Sequence record: PP274704.1
DNA from: Escherichia phage ECp13
Length of the DNA: 64,000 nucleotides
Direction: 5' to 3' (one strand)
Part shown: piece by piece, positions 19,923 through 28,734 of the stretch
Layout: each line of letters opens with the position of its first letter
How positions within the stretch are numbered: the stretch's first letter is position 1
Notes under the pieces: model-generated
Seen by the model: only the letters and a program-made list of their open reading frames with translations
The model's database searches: none
What the model was told of the DNA's origin: nothing
Program-made: the position numbers and the translations under genes

Positions 19923-20468
19923 ATGAGAAAAGCACTACTCGCTGGTCTATTGGCCATTTCTATGATGGCACATAGCTCCGAGCATACTTTCAGTAATGTC
20001 CAACTCGATAACATGCGTTACGCATATCAATTCGGGGAACAATTTTCTAAGGATGGAAAATATAAAACACACAAAAATATCCACAAGAGCGGATTAGGTC
20101 ATATAATGGCTGCTATTTTATGGCAAGAAAGCTCTGCCGGAGTTAATTTAAAATCTAAACCAAAGCATCATGCCTACGGAATGTTCCAAAATTATTTGCC
20201 GACCATGCGAGCAAGAGTTAAGGAACTTGGTTATAATATGACCGATGCTGAAATAAAAAGAATGTTGAATAAACGGTCCAATTCAGCTTCCTGGGCGTAC
20301 ATTGAACTTTCTTATTGGTTAAATATACATAAGGGAGATATAAGAAAGGCGATATCCTCTTATAATTCGGGATGGAACGTTAAAGCAGGTTCTAAATATG
20401 CTTCTGAAGTCCTAGAAAAGGCTAATTACCTTAAAAATAATAAACTTTTGGAAATAGTAAATGACTAA
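19923..20468 (+). CDS. secreted lytic-transglycosylase-like (SLT-domain) protein
   Basis: N-terminal signal peptide; motif ESSAG...YGMFQ resembles the SLT catalytic ES...GLMQ. Confidence 0.55.
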   Translation: MRKALLAGLLAISMMAHSSEHTFSNVQLDNMRYAYQFGEQFSKDGKYKTHKNIHKSGLGHIMAAILWQESSAGVNLKSKPKHHAYGMFQNYLPTMRARVKELGYNMTDAEIKRMLNKRSNSASWAYIELSYWLNIHKGDIRKAISSYNSGWNVKAGSKYASEVLEKANYLKNNKLLEIVND

Positions 20469-20802
20469 AATTTTGGTTTTATGTATAGGATTAATTTCAT
20501 TTTCTGCGTTAGCAGATACATCATATACTGAAATTAGAGAGTATGTAAATCGTACTGCCGCGGATTATTGCGGGAAAAATAAAGCATGCCAAGCTGAATT
20601 TGCACAGAAATTAATATATGCATATAAAGACGGAGAAAGAGATAAATCAAGCAGATATAAAAATGATACATTGTTAAAACGATATGCTAAAAAATGGAAT
20701 ACCTTAGAATGTTCAGTTGCGGAGGAGAAAGATAAAGCCGCTTGTCATTCAATGGTTGACCGTTTGGTAGATTCTTATAATCGAGGATTGAGTACTAGAT
20801 GA
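20461..20802 (+). CDS. small secreted protein
   Basis: 113 aa; signal peptide MTKILVLCIGLISFSALA; several Cys. Confidence 0.5.
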   Translation: MTKILVLCIGLISFSALADTSYTEIREYVNRTAADYCGKNKACQAEFAQKLIYAYKDGERDKSSRYKNDTLLKRYAKKWNTLECSVAEEKDKAACHSMVDRLVDSYNRGLSTR

Positions 20803-21278
20803 TTGTAAAATATATCAAGGGCGATATTGTCGCCCTATTTCTTCAAGGTAATATTATTGCGCACGGGTGTAATTGCTTCCACACAATGGGCTCTGGCGTA
20901 GCGGGTCAATTAGCAAGAGCCTATCCCAAAATTTTAGAAATAGATAAAACTACTACCGAGTACGGTTCTCGCGATAAATTAGGCGATATGTCTGTTGTTT
21001 TTAAACATAGTCCTACGGGATTTGGTATATGCTATAATTTGTATACGCAATACGAACCGGGTCCTAATCTTGATTATGGTGCTTTAGTAAACTGCATGAT
21101 AGAATTAAATCTACAGGCAGAAACCCTTTTGTTTAAACCAGTAATTTACATTCCACGCATAGGTTGCGGTATTGCTGGTGGTGATTGGGACAAGGTTTCT
21201 AAATTAATCGACATGTTTACTCCTGATATTGATTTAATAGTGGTGGATTATGAAAGTACATTACCCGCATCCGTTTGA
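20799..21278 (+). CDS. macro domain protein (ADP-ribose binding / ADP-ribosyl hydrolase-like)
   Basis: 159 aa; KGDI...AHGCNC...MGSGVAG and later IGCGIAGG resemble macro-domain motifs. Confidence 0.65.
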   Translation: MIVKYIKGDIVALFLQGNIIAHGCNCFHTMGSGVAGQLARAYPKILEIDKTTTEYGSRDKLGDMSVVFKHSPTGFGICYNLYTQYEPGPNLDYGALVNCMIELNLQAETLLFKPVIYIPRIGCGIAGGDWDKVSKLIDMFTPDIDLIVVDYESTLPASV

Positions 21279-21462
21279 TCCTAAAAACAGAGTGGAAATT
21301 ATTCGTCAATGGGAACGCATTTGCCGTACTAAATGCCCAATTAATAGTCCACATGATGTAAATAAAGACTATATTGGAACATTCGTTGAATATACCTTTA
21401 TTGATAAGAAAGGTCGTAAACAGCACGTAGAAGAATATTGCTTAAAGGTTACATGGTTATGA
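21250..21462 (+). CDS. hypothetical small protein
   Basis: 70 aa; overlaps 3' end of macro gene in another frame. Confidence 0.4.
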   Translation: MKVHYPHPFDPKNRVEIIRQWERICRTKCPINSPHDVNKDYIGTFVEYTFIDKKGRKQHVEEYCLKVTWL

Positions 21463-21665
21463 GCCAAACTAGTATTCTTAAAAATGCACACTGCGAAAAG
21501 TGTGAATGGCCAGTTGTTTTTGCTTTATGTAATGATGAAATGGCTTGTGATTTCGATTATTGGTGCTATTGTTCTAATAAAGGATGCATCAATCATAAAG
21601 GTGAAGGATTTTATTCGGGATTTTATCCTTATCCTGATTTCGTTAAAGAAGGTAAACCGAAATGA
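21459..21665 (+). CDS. Cys-rich small protein (putative metal-binding)
   Basis: CEKCEWP...CNDEMACDFDYWCYCSNKGC. Confidence 0.45.
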   Translation: MSQTSILKNAHCEKCEWPVVFALCNDEMACDFDYWCYCSNKGCINHKGEGFYSGFYPYPDFVKEGKPK

Positions 21666-21835
21666 ATAGTTTTGAGTTACAATATGAAGTGTTACGTGAA
21701 CTTGATAATTTAATTGAACTCGCTGTTAATAAAGGTTTTGCCATTGGAATCGGTCAAAAAGATACTGATCATTTAACTATGGAAATATTTAAGCAAAAGC
21801 GAATTATTTTAAAACTCCTGGAAATTAATATATGA
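21662..21835 (+). CDS. hypothetical small protein
   Basis: 57-aa ORF, ATGA overlap with preceding and following ORFs (hand-translated). Confidence 0.35.
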   Translation: MNSFELQYEVLRELDNLIELAVNKGFAIGIGQKDTDHLTMEIFKQKRIILKLLEINI

Positions 21836-22017
21836 GTCTGAGTAAAGAACAAAAAGATAAATTGTTTGAGCTTATCCATGAACTTCTAGATGAGCATACA
21901 GAAGCAAACACCTTTTATGATGAATACGGTCCGCTATCTCCCGAACAGCAAGAAGAATTTGCTGATCGGTTTGATAAGAAAGAAAATGAATTAATAGCTT
22001 ATGTGAATACGCTTTAA
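21832..22017 (+). CDS. hypothetical small acidic protein
   Basis: 61 aa; translationally coupled. Confidence 0.45.
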   Translation: MSLSKEQKDKLFELIHELLDEHTEANTFYDEYGPLSPEQQEEFADRFDKKENELIAYVNTL

Positions 22018-22026
22018 GAAGGTGAT

Positions 22027-22608
22027 ATGGCGAGTTTAATTTTTACTTATGCAGCAATGAATGCTGGAAAATCTGCTTCTCTTTTGACTGCTGCGCATAA
22101 TTATAAAGAACGCGGAATGGGTGTATTAGTTCTTAAGCCTGCTATTGATACTCGCGATTCTGTCTGTGAAGTCGTTTCTCGCATTGGAATTAAACAGGAA
22201 GCGAATATTATTACGGATGATATGGATATTTTTGAGTTCTATAAATGGGCTGAAGCACAAAAAGATATTCATTGCGTATTTGTAGATGAAGCTCAGTTTT
22301 TAAAAACTGAACAGGTGCATCAATTAAGCCGAATTGTTGATACATATAATGTTCCTGTTATGGCTTATGGGCTAAGGACCGATTTCGCTGGAAAATTATT
22401 TGAAGGTTCTAAAGAACTTTTGGCGATTGCAGATAAACTTATTGAACTAAAAGCAGTTTGTCATTGCGGTAAAAAAGCGATTATGACAGCTCGATTAATG
22501 GAAGATGGAACACCAGTTAAAGAAGGCAATCAAATCTGTATTGGTGATGAAATTTATGTTTCTTTGTGTAGAAAACATTGGAATGAATTAACTAAAAAGC
22601 TCGGTTAG
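22027..22608 (+). CDS. tk: thymidine kinase
   Basis: 193 aa; P-loop AAMNAGKSASL; matches T4 Tk. Confidence 0.9.
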   Translation: MASLIFTYAAMNAGKSASLLTAAHNYKERGMGVLVLKPAIDTRDSVCEVVSRIGIKQEANIITDDMDIFEFYKWAEAQKDIHCVFVDEAQFLKTEQVHQLSRIVDTYNVPVMAYGLRTDFAGKLFEGSKELLAIADKLIELKAVCHCGKKAIMTARLMEDGTPVKEGNQICIGDEIYVSLCRKHWNELTKKLG

Positions 22609-22617
22609 TGCAAAAGT

Positions 22618-22625
22618 TATAAATA
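22618..22625 (+). promoter_or_regulatory. late promoter TATAAATA
   Basis: Exact TATAAATA upstream of 22651 and rI. Confidence 0.5.
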
Positions 22626-22650
22626 GGTTTATCTAACTAAAGGGGTATAT

Positions 22651-22863
22651 ATGCTACAATTAACTGAAAAGCAACTTCGCAATCTTACTGTTCTTCAATT
22701 AGATGAAATTCGTAGGGAAGTTGGAAATATCATTTCAGCTTTGCGTCGAGAAGTATCACTCAACCAATCTCCGGCAGACTATACTAGATTGCGAAATTTT
22801 GAAAAATACCTTGATAAAGTTAAGGCCGTGCATCGGCATAAAGTAAATACAGGACAAAAATGA
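22651..22863 (+). CDS. hypothetical protein (rI.1-like)
   Basis: 70 aa; RBS AAAGGGG. Confidence 0.5.
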
Positions 22864-22875
22864 TAGGAGGCCTTT

Positions 22876-23169
22876 ATGGCCTTAAAAGCAACGGCACTAT
22901 TTGCCATGCTAGGATTAGCGTTTGCTTTATCTCCACCAATTGAAGCGAATGTCGATCCTCATTTTGATAAATTTATGGAATCTGGTATTAGACACGTTTA
23001 TATGCTTTTTGAAAATAAAAGCGTAGAATCATCTGAACAGTTCTATAGTTTTATGCGAACGACTTATAAAAATGACCCGTGTTCTTCCGATTTTGAATGT
23101 ATAGAGCGAGGCGCGGAGATGGCACAATCATACGCTAGAATTATGAACATTAAATTGGAGACTGAATGA
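22876..23169 (+). CDS. rI: lysis inhibition regulator RI (antiholin)
   Basis: 97 aa; N-terminal signal-anchor; matches recalled T4 RI. Confidence 0.82.
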   Translation: MALKATALFAMLGLAFALSPPIEANVDPHFDKFMESGIRHVYMLFENKSVESSEQFYSFMRTTYKNDPCSSDFECIERGAEMAQSYARIMNIKLETE

Positions 23170-23552
23170 AATTCAGCGACTTTTCACAAAGTGGAAAACC
23201 TTCAAAGGCAGATGAATACTTAGGTTTATTAATGGCTGCACAAGCTTATTTTCATTCTGCACATTTTGAAACTAAAAGTTATGCTAGACACAAAGCATAC
23301 GATTTTATTTTCTCTGAGTTGCCAGATTTGATTGATAAATTTGGTGAGCAATATTTGGGGTATTCTGGTAGAAAATACACGCCTTCTATTCCAGATGCCA
23401 GTAAACTTCCTACCGACACAATTAAAATGATTGATCGCATACTAGACCAATCTAACAGCATTTATAAAGAAATGCCTCCAGCCATTCAAAGCACGATAGA
23501 TGATATTACTGGGATGTTTTACCAGAGTAAATATCTTCTTTCCCTCGAATAA
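23166..23552 (+). CDS. hypothetical protein (rI.-1-like)
   Basis: 128 aa; ATGA overlap with rI. Confidence 0.55.
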   Translation: MKFSDFSQSGKPSKADEYLGLLMAAQAYFHSAHFETKSYARHKAYDFIFSELPDLIDKFGEQYLGYSGRKYTPSIPDASKLPTDTIKMIDRILDQSNSIYKEMPPAIQSTIDDITGMFYQSKYLLSLE

Positions 23553-23556
23553 CATT

Positions 23557-23581
23557 AGTCTCCTTCGGGAGACTTTTTTCA
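23557..23581 (+). terminator. intrinsic terminator
   Basis: AGTCTCC-TTCG-GGAGACT followed by TTTTTT. Confidence 0.7.
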
Positions 23582-23589
23582 TTTTACCG

Positions 23590-23619
23590 GTTTACTTTCC
23601 ATTTGAGCTGTGATACTAT
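23590..23619 (+). promoter_or_regulatory. early promoter
   Basis: -35 GTTTACT, 17 bp, -10 TACTAT; cassette near-identical to 62747-62810. Confidence 0.6.
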
Positions 23620-23647
23620 ACAACCATCGGATAAAGAGGAGAACATC

Positions 23648-23836
23648 ATGAAAATTGAAGCACTCAATCAAGAAGGAAATATCTACGTCATCATTAATGG
23701 TGATTTTTTCGTCAACATGGATGAAGTTACTAGTGAAGAACTTGTAGAACTTCTTAAGAAACGCTATAGTATGTGTGATGAAGCTGCGACTCATATGGCG
23801 TGTGCAATATTTTCTCTTTCATATGTGGTGGAATAA
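23648..23836 (+). CDS. hypothetical small protein
   Basis: ATG at 23648 after RBS AAGAGGAG; 62 aa. Confidence 0.45.
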   Translation: MKIEALNQEGNIYVIINGDFFVNMDEVTSEELVELLKKRYSMCDEAATHMACAIFSLSYVVE

Positions 23837-24018
23837 TGATTAGTATTGAACAAGCAGATAAAATTAAAGAATTGGTAGCTTTAATTCGCAAAGCAGATGA
23901 GGAACGCATTAACTTTGCCTTATCAGGTATTGAAGAATTTGAAGCTAAAGTTGATAATGCTTTAGAAGCGTTAGATATGTTTCTTGATGAAATTATCGAT
24001 CATAATACGAGAGTTTAA
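23836..24018 (+). CDS. small helical protein, tandem paralog family member
   Basis: 60 aa; N-terminus [17 protein letters not shown] shares pattern with next three ORFs. Confidence 0.45.
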   Translation: MISIEQADKIKELVALIRKADEERINFALSGIEEFEAKVDNALEALDMFLDEIIDHNTRV

Positions 24019-24020
24019 GT

Positions 24021-24215
24021 ATGCTAACACGTGAACAGTTTGAAAAAATCATTAAATTAGCACGTGATGTTGAAATAGATTCATACCAATTGGCAGTTGA
24101 GCATTGTGAAGGATACTCATACGATGGTATAGAAGCAGCTAAAAAGGATTTGGATAAATCCAAAGCTAAGTTAGTTCAATATCTTGAAATGATTAGGTGG
24201 AATAATGAAAACTGA
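24021..24215 (+). CDS. small helical protein, tandem paralog family member
   Basis: 64 aa; MLTREQFEKIIKLARDV. Confidence 0.45.
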   Translation: MLTREQFEKIIKLARDVEIDSYQLAVEHCEGYSYDGIEAAKKDLDKSKAKLVQYLEMIRWNNEN

Positions 24216-24378
24216 AAAGCAGATGTTTTTAATGAAGCTAATTGAAGAATATGCTAATGCAGTTTCTGACTATGAGTATTCTGCTAGGGAAAGAGGTACA
24301 GCTTTCGCAAAGGAAGAAATGAAAATCATGGTTGATGCTCACACAAAGCTTCAGAATTTTATTGAAAACGTCATTTAA
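24205..24378 (+). CDS. small helical protein, tandem paralog family member
   Basis: 57 aa hand-translated; MKTEKQMFLMKLIEEYANAV. Confidence 0.4.
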   Translation: MKTEKQMFLMKLIEEYANAVSDYEYSARERGTAFAKEEMKIMVDAHTKLQNFIENVI

Positions 24379-24380
24379 TT

Positions 24381-24410
24381 GTTTACAAGTTGGCAAGGTT
24401 ATGGTATAGT
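24381..24410 (+). promoter_or_regulatory. early promoter
   Basis: -35 GTTTACA, 17 bp, -10 TATAGT; imperfect inverted repeat around the -10. Confidence 0.55.
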
Positions 24411-24542
24411 AATCTTGTCAACTGCCAAGGAGAAGAGAATGAAAGTTTTGTTTGTTGTGTATGTGATGATTCAATATAATTATCCAATGTTTACTTATAA
24501 TCTGGTGAACAACATTATTGATATTATTCAAAGGAGTATGTA

Positions 24543-24728
24543 ATGACAAGTGAGCAGGCTTTTAAATTAAGAGAATTAATTGAGATGTATAGTAAAGCTG
24601 TTCATACATCAACAGTTATTGATGAATCAGCTTTCTCTGGATATGCTAACAAGATTAAATATAAAACTCTTATGGAAGAAGCTAAAGTAAATCTTGATTC
24701 TTATATTGAAACTTTAATTGGTGAATAA
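24543..24728 (+). CDS. small helical protein, tandem paralog family member
   Basis: 61 aa; MTSEQAFKLRELIEMYSKAV. Confidence 0.45.
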   Translation: MTSEQAFKLRELIEMYSKAVHTSTVIDESAFSGYANKIKYKTLMEEAKVNLDSYIETLIGE

Positions 24729-24996
24729 TGTGAGCTTTCCGAAATTAGAAGTAGGTGATTTAGTCTTAACAAAATTGTGGAATGATGCTCAATCAGTAGA
24801 AATCTGCCAATATCGTGGAGCAACAGGTAATTTGATGTACACGATTTATAATCCAGAAATTTTGTTAGAGTGTCATTTGGAACGCTTTATAAAAGACACT
24901 GATAGTATGCCTTATAGTGTATCGATTGTGCGTAAATCTGATACAAAGGAATACTCTAAAATTTTAGAACAAATTTATGTCAGTAAAAAGGATTAA
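24718..24996 (+). CDS. hypothetical protein (start codon uncertain)
   Basis: ORF-track start is TTG; in-frame GTG at 24721 and 24730; about 90 aa. Confidence 0.4.
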   Translation: MVNNVSFPKLEVGDLVLTKLWNDAQSVEICQYRGATGNLMYTIYNPEILLECHLERFIKDTDSMPYSVSIVRKSDTKEYSKILEQIYVSKKD

Positions 24997-24997
24997 T

Positions 24998-25531
24998 ATG
25001 AAACGATTAGTATTAGAAGTTAGTCCACTTTTTGGCGAATTGGCTATAGAAAAAGTAAATAATATGTATCGTTTGACGCAAGAAGACGATATGCTATATT
25101 TTACGCCCAGTGAAATCATTCATTTAACCCAAATTGAATATCCTTATACTGATAAAATAGTAAGCATTAATGATGAGCACAAAATTCATTTTTATTCTTC
25201 ATGCCCAGGATTTAATATTAAAAGTGAGTCAATGTGTTTATCAGTTATCCATTGGGATAGTTTTATAGATAAGATTAAATATTTTTATTATTCTAATGAA
25301 AGAAAACATAGTTTAAAATGGTTTAAAAATTGCAATGCTATTATTACTAACGCTTGCAATCAGAATGATGAAACTGTTTTAAATGTGTCAAAATGCTATG
25401 AAGATGGAGATGTCTTAACTATTCGTCAAATTGACGATTTTCGATCGCATATTGTCACATTTACCAAAGACGAAGCTATTGCGCTAAAGACTTATCTTGA
25501 TTCTGTCATTCCAACTATGATTTCAAAGTGA
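24998..25531 (+). CDS. hypothetical protein, paralog of 25538-26059
   Basis: 177 aa; C-terminus AIALKTYLDSVIPTMISK resembles AMIKYLTTVTPSMKG of the next ORF. Confidence 0.55.
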   Translation: MKRLVLEVSPLFGELAIEKVNNMYRLTQEDDMLYFTPSEIIHLTQIEYPYTDKIVSINDEHKIHFYSSCPGFNIKSESMCLSVIHWDSFIDKIKYFYYSNERKHSLKWFKNCNAIITNACNQNDETVLNVSKCYEDGDVLTIRQIDDFRSHIVTFTKDEAIALKTYLDSVIPTMISK

Positions 25532-25537
25532 GGAAAT

Positions 25538-26059
25538 ATGTTTATTTCAAGTGGAAGTGGTTTAATTCGCGTTGAATTTAAAAATGACATCTTCTTTATT
25601 CAAGGAGATGATATTATTAAAATGAGTTATGATGAAATTAAGAAAATTTGTAATGCTCTTGAAAATCATGGAAAGGTGAATGCTGTCATTGATATTGGCG
25701 ATTTATGGGTGACACTTTATGAAGTATCCGAAGGATTTAACATTGAAGATGAAAATAACATTTTAGCTATTGATAAAAGAAGTGATTTGTTTGATGTGTT
25801 AAAAGTTTATGAACAGTCAAACGGTGGAAGAAAAGCTGCATTGATTTATCAAAAACCACATTCATGTGGAACTGCTTCAATCATTTCAGATATTGAAGAT
25901 GAAACTGATACTTATATGTGTGTTTTAAAAGCTGGTGGTGACCGTCATCCGGATTTTATTTCTATTCGTCAAAACAATGGAGAAATTTCATTATCAAAAT
26001 CAGAAGCTGAAGCTATGATTAAGTATTTAACAACTGTTACACCTTCAATGAAAGGATGA
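25538..26059 (+). CDS. hypothetical protein, paralog of 24998-25531
   Basis: 173 aa; shared C-terminal motif. Confidence 0.55.
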   Translation: MFISSGSGLIRVEFKNDIFFIQGDDIIKMSYDEIKKICNALENHGKVNAVIDIGDLWVTLYEVSEGFNIEDENNILAIDKRSDLFDVLKVYEQSNGGRKAALIYQKPHSCGTASIISDIEDETDTYMCVLKAGGDRHPDFISIRQNNGEISLSKSEAEAMIKYLTTVTPSMKG

Positions 26060-26541
26060 TTATAACTATGGTTATTAATGAAAACTCTTGGCACTTTAAA
26101 ATTTACTCGGCATTTAATAGCACATGGAATCGTCCAAAAACGTTATGTGCTTATTTTTGGAAAACGTTTCTCCCGGTATTAGCGGTTTCAATTGTTGGAT
26201 TTGCAACTTTAACAGGTGCTGCAATCATTGGCCAAGAAATTTTAATTAAATTCTTTGTCTTTAGTAGTCTATGGACATTAGTTCCGGCTTCAATTGGTAT
26301 AGGTATTTTAGCATTATCGGTCATGGTTCTTATTGCTGTCGGGGCGGTAATTGGTCCTTCTTGGTTGTTAGACAAATATAACGACCGAAAGCTCAATAAA
26401 GAAATTGAGCTCATTGTACAAAACGAAGAACGAATCAAAAATGGACTTGAGCCTATTCAACCCAAGAAATCTATTATCGTCGAATTTTTAAAAGCGCGTA
26501 AAGCTAAAGTATGTCCTGTTATTGAATATAAGGCTGAATGA
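26056..26541 (+). CDS. multi-pass membrane protein
   Basis: 161 aa with about four hydrophobic helices. Confidence 0.55.
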   Translation: MIITMVINENSWHFKIYSAFNSTWNRPKTLCAYFWKTFLPVLAVSIVGFATLTGAAIIGQEILIKFFVFSSLWTLVPASIGIGILALSVMVLIAVGAVIGPSWLLDKYNDRKLNKEIELIVQNEERIKNGLEPIQPKKSIIVEFLKARKAKVCPVIEYKAE

Positions 26542-27551
26542 TGAAAACAGTAATGAAAAGCTATTTTGGTAGTCATCTTTATGGAACTTCTACTCCAGAA
26601 TCTGATGTAGATTTTAAAGAAATCTTTGTTCCTCCTGCTCGCGATATTCTTATCGGAAATGTTAAAGAGCATATGAGTAAAAACACTAACAACACATCAT
26701 CTAAAAACACTAAAGATGATATTGACCATGAACTATACAGTCTTAAATATTTCTTTAAATTAGCTGCAGATGGTGAAACTGTAGCATTGGATATGCTCCA
26801 TACTCCACCTGAACTAGTGGTTAAATCAGATTTGCCTGATGTATGGAAGTTTATTCAAGACAATCGTTCTCGTTTTTATACGACTAACATGAAATCCTAT
26901 TTAGGATATGTCCGCAAGCAAGCTTCTAAATACGGTGTTAAGGGTTCTCGTTTGGCCGCATTGCGTGATGTATTGAAAGTAGTTAATCAAATCCCCGATC
27001 AGTGGGTTGATTATCAAGAAGGAATCCCTGATAGACTTCGTCGTACTAAGGTAGAAGATATCAAACACAGACTCCCTGAAAATGAGTTCTGTGAATGGGT
27101 ATTCCATAATCATGAGAAAACAGGCCCACAAACGTTCTACACTGTGTTGGGTCGTAAATATCAGACAACACTTTCTCTTATTGAACTTAAGCAGTCACTG
27201 AACAAATTAGATGCTGAATACGGCGAACGCGCTCGTAAGGCTGAAGCGAATGAGGGCATTGACTGGAAAGCTCTGAGTCATGCTTGTCGTGGTGGACTCC
27301 AACTATTGGAAATTTACAAAACAGGTGACTTAGTTTATCCACTTCAAGACGCTCCATTTATTCTCGACGTGAAGCTGGGTAAACACCCATTTAAAACTGT
27401 TCAAGAGTTTTTGGAAGATGTGGTCGATCAAGTAGAAGCAGCATCCATTGAAGCTTCTAAGAACGGTATGCAGCAAAAAGTAGACATGGGTTTCTGGGAT
27501 GACTTCCTTGAGAGGGTTTATCTTGAAAACCATCGAAGTTATTATAAATGA
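26538..27551 (+). CDS. nucleotidyltransferase-fold protein (Pol-beta superfamily-like)
   Basis: 337 aa; N-terminal G-S-x9-D-x-D signature FGSHLYGTSTPESDVDF. Confidence 0.6.
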   Translation: MMKTVMKSYFGSHLYGTSTPESDVDFKEIFVPPARDILIGNVKEHMSKNTNNTSSKNTKDDIDHELYSLKYFFKLAADGETVALDMLHTPPELVVKSDLPDVWKFIQDNRSRFYTTNMKSYLGYVRKQASKYGVKGSRLAALRDVLKVVNQIPDQWVDYQEGIPDRLRRTKVEDIKHRLPENEFCEWVFHNHEKTGPQTFYTVLGRKYQTTLSLIELKQSLNKLDAEYGERARKAEANEGIDWKALSHACRGGLQLLEIYKTGDLVYPLQDAPFILDVKLGKHPFKTVQEFLEDVVDQVEAASIEASKNGMQQKVDMGFWDDFLERVYLENHRSYYK

Positions 27552-27553
27552 TA

Positions 27554-27580
27554 GGGAGCCTTCGGGCTCCCTTTTTATTT
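27554..27580 (+). terminator. intrinsic terminator
   Basis: GGGAGCC-TTCG-GGCTCCC followed by TTTTTATTT. Confidence 0.7.
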
Positions 27581-27600
27581 CAAAATTTTTTCACAAAACG

Positions 27601-27630
27601 GTTTACAAGCATAAAGCTTTATGGTACTAT
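27601..27630 (+). promoter_or_regulatory. early promoter
   Basis: -35 GTTTACA, 17 bp, -10 TACTAT; shares leader with the 11.9k, 29.0k and 53.7k promoters. Confidence 0.6.
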
Positions 27631-27664
27631 ACAACTATCAACTGATACGGATTTGGAGAATAAA

Positions 27665-28633
27665 ATGAAAACTGTAACTATCAATAAGGGTATCTACTTC
27701 GGTAAAGAAATCTCTGGAACTTTTGAGCTCTTAGGCGAATGGTTCCCAGATAATGCTCCGGTAGATGCACAAGGAGATGGTAAAGTTTTTGTTGAAATTG
27801 ACGGTAAACGTCGCGGTGTTTGGGTTTACAAATCAGATATTTCATATGATGGTGTAAAGGTTGAAGAAGTTAAAGAATCGTATGAAGATATGAAAACCCG
27901 CATTAATAAAAGATTTAATGTTATGGGAATGATGACGAATGGTATTATTAATGGAAATATTCGTTCATTGATTATCTCTGGTGCAGCAGGTATTGGTAAA
28001 ACGTATTCTTTAGATAAAGCTTTAAATAAAGCAAATGATATTGGATACATTGAATATAAAAGTATTAATGGTAAAATCTCTGGTATTGGTCTTTATGAGC
28101 AGCTTTGGAATAATCGTGAAGAGAATTCTGTCCTTTTGATTGATGATGTGGATGTTTTCTCTGATATGGACATTCTTAATCTTCTAAAAGCCGCTCTGGA
28201 CACCGGAGAGACCCGTAAAGTCTGCTGGAGCACTGCGTCTTCTTACTTAGAAGAAAAAGGCATTGAGCGTGAGTTTGAATTTAAAGGAACGATTGTTTTT
28301 ATCACAAACGTTGACATTGACCGCGAATTAGACCGTGGTACTAAACTTGCTCCACATTTACAAGCATTAGTGTCCCGCTCGGTTTATTTGGATTTGGGTG
28401 TTCACACTAATGAAGAAATTATGGTCAGGGTTGAAGATGTTATTCTTTCAACTGACATGATGCAAAAGCGCGGTCTTTCTGATGAAGAAACTTATAAAGC
28501 ATTATCATGGATGAAAGTTAATGTTAATCGTTTACGCAATGTTTCACTGCGTACTGCTCTTTATCTTGCTGACTTTATTATGACCGACAAAAACGGTTGG
28601 GAAGAAATCGCTGAGGTTACTCTTCTGAAATAA
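27665..28633 (+). CDS. P-loop ATPase (AAA-like)
   Basis: 322 aa from ATG at 27665; Walker A GAAGIGKTYS, Walker B VLLIDDVD. Confidence 0.65.
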   Translation: MKTVTINKGIYFGKEISGTFELLGEWFPDNAPVDAQGDGKVFVEIDGKRRGVWVYKSDISYDGVKVEEVKESYEDMKTRINKRFNVMGMMTNGIINGNIRSLIISGAAGIGKTYSLDKALNKANDIGYIEYKSINGKISGIGLYEQLWNNREENSVLLIDDVDVFSDMDILNLLKAALDTGETRKVCWSTASSYLEEKGIEREFEFKGTIVFITNVDIDRELDRGTKLAPHLQALVSRSVYLDLGVHTNEEIMVRVEDVILSTDMMQKRGLSDEETYKALSWMKVNVNRLRNVSLRTALYLADFIMTDKNGWEEIAEVTLLK

Positions 28634-28734
28634 TTCATAAGAGGACTTCTATGACAAAAAGGCAGTTCAGAAATAGATTATATGGACTGCCATTAAAAAG
28701 ATGACTAGAATTAAACTGGTGAATGGAGGTAGTG

